From: Azolla caroliniana
Taxonomy: Eukaryota > Plantae > Polypodiophyta
Direction of reading: 5' to 3'
Length of the DNA: 64,000 nucleotides
Assembly (NCBI GenBank): GCA_043228905.1
Contig: JBHGNT010000011.1
Location: 16,740,001 to 16,804,000, forward strand
In this document: positions 1 through 10,099 of the stretch, in pieces
Numbering within the stretch: the first letter of the stretch is position 1
Layout: each line of letters starts with the position of its first letter
The notes under the pieces: model-generated
What the model was told of the DNA's origin: nothing
What the model saw: the letters and a program-made list of their open reading frames with translations, nothing else
Databases searched by the model: none
Translations under genes and position numbers: made by a program

Positions 1-195
1 GCCATGTTGGCAGAAGGCAGTGATGACGACAGCAAGAATGAGGATAATGGAAATACGGAGAAAGAGATCGATGGTGAATGTGAGGATGGTAGAACTATAC
101 AGGAAGTTAATGAAGGTGAAAGTGAGGGTGATCAGATTGAAGAAGATAATAAAGGTGAGAATGATGACGGTGAGATTGAGAACAATGGTAGCAAA
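1..195 (+). pseudogene. Truncated inverted duplicate of the DEK gene last exon (acidic tail); continues off the left edge
   Basis: Aligns by eye to 14747-14532 (-) with about 14 substitutions and one in-frame 21-nt deletion (GGNDDGG). Homology stops abruptly after ...NNGSK at 195. Confidence 0.85.
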
Positions 196-234
196 TTCAG
201 CCTTAGATTTTGAAAAAGTGCAGTCCAAATTCGG

Positions 235-334
235 TACATTGTATCGAGTCGCACTCCAAACTCGATACAATGTATGGAGTTGGAGTCCCATCTCGATTCA
301 ATGTATCGAGTTGAGATTCCAACTCGATACATTG
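235..334. repeat. Two adjacent 15-bp inverted repeats (hairpins) built from a CTCGATAC(A/T) motif
   Basis: TACATTGTATCGAGT-10nt-ACTCGATACAATGTA (235-274) and CAATGTATCGAGTTG-6nt-CAACTCGATACATTG (299-334) are perfect reverse complements. Confidence 0.85.
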
Positions 335-734
335 TACTGCGGAAAGGGGTTTAGAAACACATTATCCGTACAATTTAGGGTTTAGGTTTACTTGGAGTCG
401 GTACTAGATGTCTTCTTGCTCGACATGTTGAGTTGTTGGTGGAGTAGGTGTGTGTCGGTGTCCTTTGTGCTCAATTGTCTGTGCTCTGGTGCTCTTGTGT
501 GCTCTCTGTTCGCCGTGTGCAAGTGAGTTAAAAAAGGAAGTGGTCCTATTTATAGGAGGAAAAGAGTAGGGTTAGTTAAACCTAACTATAGTTACGTTTC
601 TATTTTGATTTATTACTACTTAATAGATTAGTTTCGAATACATGTGCACTACTTTAAGTGCATGTACTTGTCTATACATAAAACCACTGACTTTTGTGCA
701 CATGGATTTAGTTGTGCATTTACCTACATTAAAT

Positions 735-3700
735 TATTGTTGAATAACAAACTCTTGTATACCTTTTTAGTTATTTTGATAGCATAGAATAAGCTTGAAA
801 AATGAGCGCATTCAGGAATATTGTATTAGTTTATAGAATATCGAGACCCTACAAAGTGGTAGATAGACTAATGTTGGGAAACAAGGTTCACAAAGTATGT
901 CACAAAGTCATGAGCTTTCTGTTGATGAGTACAATCCAAATGAGGAATCCACGAGTGTAAGGAATGTGTACCAAAGTTCGACACGTGTTTCAAGTGGTAG
1001 ACAGACTAATGTTGGGAAACAAGGTTCACAAAGTATGTCACTTAGTGATGCATTTACCTACATTTATGTGCACGTGGTGATAGCAAGTATTAAAGTACTT
1101 TTAATACTTGCATAATATTATATGCATATATGTACATGCATAAATAGTTTAAAGTACATGTATGGTTATAAATACTTATATATACATTAATGTTTAGAAA
1201 TATTTATTATCATACCTCTATTTAAATATTTTATACTTATTTTCACTTGTATTTAAATATTTAATACTTATTATTATTTTACTAAAGTACATTTATTAAG
1301 TTAAATATCAATTCATATATGAAAATAAATTTTCTATAGATATTATGAGTCATATATAGGTACTATGTAAGCTTAAAGATCTATGTTTATTGTTGAATAA
1401 CAAACTCTTGTATACCTTTTTACTTACTTTGATAGCATAGAATAAGCTTGAAAAATGAGCCCTAACTAACTGTTTTCTGTGGATAAATACCCATTGGTCA
1501 CAGGTTCTCTTTTCTCTATTGAGGAATATTGTATTAGTTTATCGAATATCGAGATTCTACAAAGTGGTAGACGGACTAATGTTGGGAAACAAGGTCCACA
1601 AAGTATGTCACAGAGTGATGAGTTCTCTGTTGATGAGTACGATCCAAATGAGGAATCAACGAGTGCAAGGAATATGTACCAAAGTTCGACAAGTGTTTCA
1701 AGTAGTAGACAGACTAATGTTGGGAAACAAGGTTCACAAAATATGTCACAAAGTCATGTGTTCTCTGTTGATGAGTACGATCCAAATGAGGAATCGACAA
1801 GTGCAAGGAATGTGTATCAAAGTTCGACAAGTGTTTCAAGTGGTAGACAGACTAATGTTGGGAAACGAGGTTCACAAAGTATGTCACTTAGTGATGCATT
1901 TACCTACATTCAATTATGTGCACCTATTTTTGTGAACTTTTTTATGTGCATGTGGTTTTTAGAATTGTGAATGTGCACTAATTTATGTGCACGTGGTGAT
2001 AGCAAGTATTAAAGTACTTTTAATACTTGCATATTATTATAGGCATATATGTACATGTATAAATAGTTTAAAGTACATGTATAGTTATTAATACTTATAT
2101 ATACATTAATGTTTTGAAGTATTTATTATCATACCTCTATTTAAATATTTTATACTTATTTTCACGTGTATTTAAATATTAAATATTAAATATTATTTTA
2201 CTAAAGTACATTTATTAAGTTAAATGTCAATTTATGTATGAATTTTTTTTTTCTATAGATATTATTATTCATATATAGGGACTATGTAAGCTTAAAGATC
2301 TATGTTTATTGTTGAATAACAAACTCTTGTATACCTTTTTAGTTATTTTGATAGCATAGAATAAGCTTGAGAAATGAGCCCTAACTCACCGTTTTCTGTG
2401 GATGAATACCCATTGTTCACAGGTTCTTTTTTCTCCATTGAGGAATATTGTATTAGTTTATCGAATATCGAGACTCTACAAAGTGGTAGACAGAATAATG
2501 TAGGGAAACAAGGTTCACAAAGTATGTCACAAAGTCATGAGTTCTCTGTTGATGAGTACGATCCAAATGAGGAATCTACGAGTGTAAGGAATGTGTACCA
2601 AAGTTCGACAAGTGTTTCAAGTTGTAGACAGACTAATGTTGGGAAACAAGGTTCACAAAGTATGTCACAAAGTCATGAGTTCTCTGTTGATGAGTACAAT
2701 CCAAATGTGGAATCGACGAGTGCAAGGAATGTGTATCAAAGTTCGACAAGTGTTTCAAGTGGTAGACAGACTAATGTTGGGAAACAAGGTTCACAAAGTA
2801 TGTCACTTAGTGATGCATATACCTACATTCAATTATTTGCATCTATTTTTGTGAACTTTTTTATGTGCACGTGGTTTTAAGAATTGTGAATGTGCACTAA
2901 TTTATGTACACATGGTTATAGCAAGTATTAAAGTACTTTTAATACTTGCATATTATTATATGCATATATGTACATGTATAAATAGTTTAAAGTACATGTA
3001 TAGTTATTAATACTTATATATACATTAATGTTTTGAATTATTTATTATCATACCTCTATTTAAATATTTTATACTTATTTTCAATTGTATTTAAATATTT
3101 AATATTTAATATTATTTACTAAAGTACATTTATTTAGTTAAATATCAATTTATCTATGAAAATAAATTTTCTGTATATATTATTATTCATATATAGGGAC
3201 TATGTAAGCTTAAAGATCTATGTTTATTGTTGAATAACAAACCCTTGTATTCCTTTTTAGTTATTTTGATAGCATAGAATAAGCTTGAAAAATGAGTCCT
3301 AACTCACCATTTTCTGTGGATGAATACCCATTGTTCACAGGTTCTCTTTTCTCCATTGAGGAATATTGTATTAGTTTATCGAATATTGAGACTCTACAAA
3401 GTGGTAGGCAGACTAATGTTGGGAAACAAGGTCCACAAAGTATGTCACAGAGTAATGCGTTCTCTGTTGATGAGTACGATCCAAATGAGGAATCGACGAG
3501 TGCAAGGAATGTGTACCAAAGTTCGACTAGTGTTATAGGATCCAAATGAGGAATCGACGAGTGCAAGGAATGTATACCAAAGTTCGACTAGTGTTATAGG
3601 GACTATGTAAGCTTAAAGATCTATGTTTATTGTTGAATAACAAACTCTTGTATACCTTTTTAGTTATTTTGATAGCATAGAATAAGCTTGAAAAATGAGT

Positions 3701-3877
3701 CCTAACTCACCGTTTTCTGTGGATGAATACCCATTGTTCACAGGTTCTTTTTTCTGCACTGATGAATATTGTATTAGTTTATCGAATATCGAGACTCTAC
3801 AAAGTGGTAGACAGAATAATGTAGGGAAACAAGGTTCACAAAGTATGTCACAAAGTCATGAGTTCTCTGTTGATGAG
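735..3877 (+). repeat. Nested tandem array: ~920-bp units (some truncated), each containing 1-3 copies of a 138-bp subunit and, in complete units, a very AT-rich spacer
   Basis: The anchor TATTGTTGAATAACAAAC recurs at about 735, 1388, 2308, 3225 and 3628. The 138-bp subunit shows as 46-aa repeats in ORFs 1479-1970 and 2374-2880. Confidence 0.9.
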
Positions 3878-4131
3878 AAATGCATTGATTGCTTGGTCAA
3901 CGAGCTGAACAGAACCTCCTTCCGAACTAGGCCTCGACAACGAAGAGAATGCCGCTAGAATTCGTGCATATCGATGTATGCTACGTAGACACTAAGTCAT
4001 ATGCCAATTCACAATATTTTGTGACCTTCATTGATGACTAGTCGGAACTTGTGGGCTTTCGTATTGAGGACCAAGGACCAGGTGCTATCGATCTTCAAGG
4101 AGTTCCAAGCGAGAGTCGAGAAGGAGATCGG
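3878..4131 (+). mobile_element. Ty1/Copia integrase fragment (degenerate)
   Basis: Translates across frameshifts as KCIDCL...PLEFVHIDVC...SQYFVTFIDD*..LWAFVLRTKDQVLSIFKEFQARVEKEIG, the Copia pre-integrase CxxC and rve core start. Confidence 0.85.
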
Positions 4132-4240
4132 TGTCGTGAAGGATTCCGGCCATAGGAAGAAACGGAGCCGGATGCGCGTGAACGTGTGTGCACTAATCCA
4201 TGAATAAAGCTGACAGTAGTGTTGCATCTACATGTTTCGT

Positions 4241-6520
4241 CTACTCAGCTAAATCTTGGCTTTGATCAAACTTTGGTACATTTTCGAGGTTGATAAGTTT
4301 CCCTCCGTTGTTTATAGGTTCCATCACTTCTTTGCAGGTCAGCTGAAACATCTCAATCTCATTGATATGCTTTGCCCTAACCTCTTGGTCTCGGTCGGGA
4401 CAATCCCATATACCTTGGATCCTTATCTTAATGAAATTGACTTGGGAGGGGTCCTTCTCCAATGCAACGGAACAATTTGAGAGTGCATGTAGTCGTCGTT
4501 CCTAAATAAACAATATGTAAAAGTTTTGAGAAAAGTTGATAACACTTATGAGAATACATGTTCCATAGAATAAGTTGAGCACCCAATCGTCAGGGTTGGA
4601 GAACAACTCAACCAATCGATTAATTAATCACTAGGGCTTTTGATACGAGTTTACTAGACACTTGATATAGTTTAATTAATCGCAATTTCTTTGTTATAGT
4701 TGACGACACTTTGCTCAATTCGCATGTGCCTGAGCCTTCTTTTTAGAAATAGCGTGGTAGTACCCCATGCATATATGCTCCACAACGTTGACCATTCAAT
4801 CGCTTGAGGTACGAGTTATGTTCGTTTTAACCCTATTTGTAATGGAGTTGAAACAAGTCAATATATATGTCGTAAGTACAATAGAAGCCATATAGTAAAT
4901 ATGTATCAACTCAAAGTTTATCAATGCATGTGTTCAATGCAGTAGTGACCGATAAAGCTTGACCCATACTATAAAATATTAAGATGCGCCATAATGGAAC
5001 CAAGGTTAGCTCTGCAAAGTCTTTTATCATCTTCTTTATTTGCGGATATTTGTATGGTACATCGTTGTATGTGGAGCCTTTTATTCGAAGTCCATATGGT
5101 ATATTCGCGATGAGTAATGTATAATGTCTCTAGGGTAATATGTCAATCATATTACTTGACATATTACCCACATCGCCATTATATACACTATAGTACAATT
5201 GTAAAAAAGGATCACTCTTTTGCAAAAAACTTTTCATAGTACCGGAGTGTTTAGGCACCTCCAGCTCCTTTCCTTTTGTCATTCGCTTTTCATATTTCGC
5301 TCATACCAAATGGATAAAGGCGCTTGGTATGCCGTCACTGTAGTCACCCATTTTCTTTGAGCGATGTGGTTTCTGCAATTATACGTATTGTAAGAAGCTA
5401 CCCATTATCCTAAAATCAATTAATATTCGTAAAACATACATACCCATTCTTTAAACACAATGAAGAATTCTTCAAGAGCCTTATATGGTGATGTTTTTGG
5501 GCACGATTGCTCTACTTCTTCCCACGTAGGCAGGGACAACTTTTTCATCATTAGCTCTTGTATTTTCATATAAACCTTATGGCTAAAAACAAAAGAAACT
5601 AAGGTTAGAATAAAGAGCAAATCAACAAAGCAATCCAATGAACAACAATCATCACATAGATTACTCACGTTTGAAACTTTGTCACCATTTCATCTAGGTT
5701 GAACTCCTTTACGACCACTCATGACAATATAGATATTAATAATATGTCATCCTTTATCACTTGCAATGATTGCGAAGGAAGCATCTTCATGTCCTTGGCT
5801 AATTTTTCAATCACTAAGTTGCTTTTCCGTGACTTAGACTTTATCTCCACTTGTGGGTCTAACTTAGCCTTCTTTGACCTTTGCCCCTTTATTTCTTTTA
5901 TCTCCACATACTAAAAATTCAATCTTGGAGGTCTCTCACGTCCCTTGTTCCGAAAGCAAGTTGAAACCAGGAGTCATACTTCCTCAAGCCTTTAGACTTT
6001 GTGCTTTCATCAACTACTATCCCCACTTCAAGCTGACATTGTCGTCACAATCCAAGATGCAACCTAGGACCAAAGTTTTGCAAGGCATCAAGGTACTCGT
6101 GATGAAAGAACCTAATGCGCACTATACATGACATCTTATGTCTATAACCATTATCGTTATTGTGGTCCTAAGCTAGCAACTTGGCTTCTTCATGTGTAAG
6201 GCCAACGTACACTTTACATTCTGCGTATTTGAAGAATGGGGTAAGAGGATACTCCTTGACAAGTTGACATTGTGCTTCGGCAAAGTGGGATCCTCCAATC
6301 ACGTAGTATGTGTAATCATCAGTCGAACTGTACTTGAAGTCAGTTACAGTTGGGCATTGATCTGGGTCTACCATTACTAAGAATGGTACTACAGTAGCAT
6401 GTGGATTTATCTTCATTTTGCTTTTCAAGTTTTGCACACTAAATGTGGCTTTCTTATCTCTAGAGCACGTCTTCTTGTTTCTAGATCAATTAGTGGCCTT
6501 TGAATAGAACAAATTGGTTA
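4241..6520 (-). pseudogene. Decayed intron-containing ParB/Srx-like + beta-class N6-adenine/N4-cytosine DNA methyltransferase fusion (~650 aa reconstructed)
   Basis: ParB-like YYVIGGSH (6308-6285). MTase motifs in beta order: VYNGDV...LLIANIPYG (NIPYG 5105-5091), (W)VKTN...EHICMGY, YQKP (4645-4634), LVELFSNPDDWVLNLFYGT-(G)TT (VLNLFYGT 4582-4559), VALEKDP..V.FIKIRI. GT-AG introns at 5668-5583, 5443-5373 and 4557-4502, plus a degraded one ending at 4833. Multiple stops and frameshifts. Confidence 0.8.
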
Positions 6521-6647
6521 AGTAGTGTTTTTTACACACATTTATATTAAAAATAATTGTGTGTTTTTACCAAAAAAAAGAGAAATCTAATTTAAAAATA
6601 AATAAACAAATAAAAAACATAAGAGTAATCCGAAATTTGGCGCATAT

Positions 6648-6695
6648 GTGTGTGTATACATACATACATGCATGCATGCATGCATGCATACATAC

Positions 6696-6730
<35 letters not shown>

Positions 6731-6920
6731 ATAGAGAGAGAATTAGAGCACTCATGATTGTTATTACAATAAAGAGGCTCGCATTCGTGTGGGGATGGAT
6801 GGATGGATGTATACATGCATGTATGCATTCATGTGGGGATCGATGGATGGATGCATGCATGGGTATGTATAGTTACCATTACCCATGGGTATATGGGCCA
6901 ATTTTCGCCTTAGAAGACGT

Positions 6921-6966
<46 letters not shown>
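6648..6966. repeat. Compound microsatellites (TACA/TGCA/TA/GGAT/CT)n
   Basis: Directly visible; these generate the spurious ORFs at 6559-7110. Confidence 0.95.
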
Positions 6967-6967
<1 letters not shown>

Positions 6968-6969
<2 letters not shown>

Positions 6970-8250
6970 CTCATTAGTGACGCCTTCCCTCATGTATGCA
7001 TCAGTGGTTTGGGCTCCAGGGCTACCATCTTTCATGTGGATGCAATTCGAGAGACCATTGGTGACGATGTTATCACATCTACTCTAAAGCAAATCAAAAG
7101 TACCACATGACATTATTAGAGTTGAGTTCACTTTACCCCTGATGTTAGTAGAAGCATTTTTGCAACTTGTAGTTTTTATTCATAGGATACATAGCCAACC
7201 ACAAGATAGGATATATCGTCATGCTTTTGAGGCATCTCGATTGCTCTATGAGTTCAGAGATACTAGCTCTTGGTATAGTATTGTGGTGAGTTGGCTTCTT
7301 GCAAACGGCCAAGACATTAATAACCTACCTCCCCTTAGGTACAACCATGAGATGGATAACACTTTAATATCTCATGAGGACCGTAATAAAGTAATACACC
7401 AAGAAATATGGCAAATTTACACTCGATATAAATGGATCAACTCACTAGAGTCACTCCCATCTAAAATGTTGTACTATAAGCCTGAACACTTCATGCACTT
7501 CTCTAAGTTAGGTTTTATTACACGACCAAAATATCTAGATACATTCTTACCAAATGCACTAAGGGTTGCCATTTGACAACTTACAATATCATCTCACCAA
7601 CTTGAGATTGAGAATGGTCGTACTAATGGAGATTAAGGAAAGGATATGTAGATGATGTCACGTGGAGATAGAGGATGAGTATCAATTTAAATGCAAGTGT
7701 TCAACTTAGGCCGAGATACGGGCAAAATACCAAGATATAGTCTGACCCTCTCCAAACTATTAGATACTCCGAATATAAATAAATTAGGTAGATACATCTT
7801 AGAGCTAAAACAAAATAGAGATAATAAGCTACAAAATGTTATTACAATAACCTTTCTAATATTCACCAACACATCATTAGTGAAAAATTGTAGGGACAAG
7901 GGGAGATGATGAATGTGGACACACGTGCACCACTCGGCCTCTCTCTTGCTGAAGTAGAAAACCAAAGAACAACCAAATGCCCTTGGATGCCAGGCTTCAA
8001 AGCAACTCGATGTGGTGTAGATGCAATTCAGAAGATAAGGGAACGTGAGTTACACCACCTAGAAGCGATGGTTGGGGTGCCTTTTACATTAAGACTACGC
8101 AACACACCTACGTTGAAACCCTTTGACTCTCGCTTCTTTTCAAGAGACTTGGATGCACCATAACACGTTTTGTACAATACTAGAACTTTTTTAAGTTCTA
8201 TTTTATTTTATTTTTGTTTTCGATGATTGGGTAAACTCTAGTTGTTGTTT
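6968..8250 (+). mobile_element. 5'-truncated non-LTR retrotransposon (LINE), ORF2 C-terminal part and 3' region (family A)
   Basis: LVTPSLMYASVVW-like start, LRVAI*QLTISSHQLEIENG...ICR*CH...EDEY zinc-finger region. Collinear with 47240-45670 (-). Confidence 0.8.
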
Positions 8251-8289
8251 TTGTTACGTAGTTATTTATCTTTATAGCATATTGCTATG

Positions 8290-9000
8290 ACGAGATGATG
8301 AGTGTTGATGGTGTGGGGGCTGAAGCAAATATATGAGGGGATGAGAAAACATTCTATACTCATTTTGGCATTATTTGTATAGGAACTTGGTGGTAATCGG
8401 CGAGATGGTTGATGTGGACTTAAGAAGCAAATTATTTTGGGGGATAAGCATGAATAAAGATGGTGTGGGGGTTGACACAGATTATCATGAGTAGGTGAGG
8501 AAACTGTTTACACTAAATTTTTGTTGTCTATATAGGATGTTGATGGCAAGCTGGTTGACGTGGGCTTAAGAAGCAAATTCTTTTGAGTGATAAGGATGAG
8601 CGAAGATGGTGTGGGGTTTGAAGTAGATTATCATGAGTAGGTAAGGAAACTGTTTACACTAAATGTTTATTGTCTATACAGGATGTTGATGGAAATTAGT
8701 GAGATGGCGAGCTCAAGCTATTGAATGAAGAAGATTTATGTTTATCATTAGGACGAGTGATATTGGTGTGGTGGTAGGGATTGAAACATATGAATAATGA
8801 ATATCGACATGACGAGAGGATGAGTGATGATGGTGTGGGGGCCGATGTTGATCATAAGGGAAACACTCTAGATTTATTTTGTTTGTTATTTGTACAGGAA
8901 AGTGGTGATAATCGGCGAGATGGTTGATGTAGACTTGATGAAGAAAAAAAATATTATGGGATAAGGATGAGTGAAGATGGTGTGGGGGTCGACGCATGTT
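8290..9000 (+). repeat. Degenerate direct repeats (~140-180 bp) containing GATGGTGTGGGGG
   Basis: The motif recurs at about 8307, 8459, 8605, 8828 and 8975 with shared flanks. Confidence 0.65.
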
Positions 9001-9641
9001 TTTTTTTGAGGTTATGATAAAGCGAAAATTGACATAGGTAATGTGAGAATATGAAAGTTGTGATGAACCGGACTATTGATGGATTATTCTCTTCTTGTGA
9101 TAAATCGGTTTGTTGAGGGGTTGTAGAGATGAAGTAATTCCAAGTGCATGCGTATCATGGTAAGTTTGTTGTCTACAAATGCAGCAATTGCAACAAGTGT
9201 TGAAGAACAACGATTTCCCAAGATCTTGTCATGCATTTCAATGAAAAATTGGTTTACAACCTACATATCTTTGAGGAGGAAGTAGATAGGGTAAAGCAAT
9301 TGATAATATCAAAGACCAATTGAGTGATTGTCGATGATCTACTGCGGAAGACCTCGAAGGAAGTATTGAAGACTATTCTTCATGTTTATTTGGCATGTAC
9401 ACAAAATAATAGTCATTATTTGGTTTATGTTTGTTTCGCATGTCAAAGACCGGTTTAGTGATCGTGGATAATTTATTGCGGAAGAGTTCGAAGGAAATAT
9501 TAAAGGTTATTCCTTATGTTTGTTTGAAGGAATTATCTTTACCTACAAACATTGGACTGTTGGACTATTTTGTATATTGCCTTTGGCCATTTTCATTTTA
9601 ATACCAACGGAGTATTTTTTTTCGAAAAAAAACTTAAATTT

Positions 9642-9720
<79 letters not shown>

Positions 9721-9727
9721 ATATATA

Positions 9728-10073
9728 GGAAAGCGCTATGTGCCCCCCCATTTTGGCTATCACCTCGTTCAACAACATGTCTCAACAAGCGTCTTCAGCT
9801 TCAATTATCGATAAAACCTTCACCGAGAGAGGGGCTCTAATCAGTTTTATCAAGGACCATTTCCATGCTCAGAATATCATCGTTGTATTGGATAAGCAAA
9901 GTACTCTACCGGTCCCAAATGTTCCAAATGTGGTCAAGCTAGTCACAATGCACACACTTGCGATATGCGAGAATCTGAGTTATGCTGAGTTTATTAATTA
10001 ATTAATAAACAATTTCATTTGGTTATATTAGGTTCTATAAATTTAGGGGGCGGGGGGGCAAATAGCGCTTTCC
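9728..10073 (+). mobile_element. Non-autonomous MULE-like TIR element (internal deletion derivative) inserted in a (TA)n tract
   Basis: 22-bp TIRs GGAAAGCGCTAT(G/T)TGCCCCCCC at both ends. The interior joins an N-terminal piece (MSQQASS...TFTERGALISFIKDH) to a C-terminal CCHC knuckle (KCSKCGQASHNAHTC). Confidence 0.75.
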
Positions 10074-10099
10074 TATATATATATTATATATATATACAC

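Noticed and set aside
373-390. Telomeric TTTAGGG array
   Set aside because: Only about two units; better read as a telo-box or intron motif.
735-3877. CRISPR-like array
   Set aside because: The units are long tandem copies without unique spacers, there are no cas genes, and the context is eukaryotic.
6559-7110. 183-aa ORF and its antisense ORFs
   Set aside because: Produced by microsatellites plus an off-frame LINE fragment.
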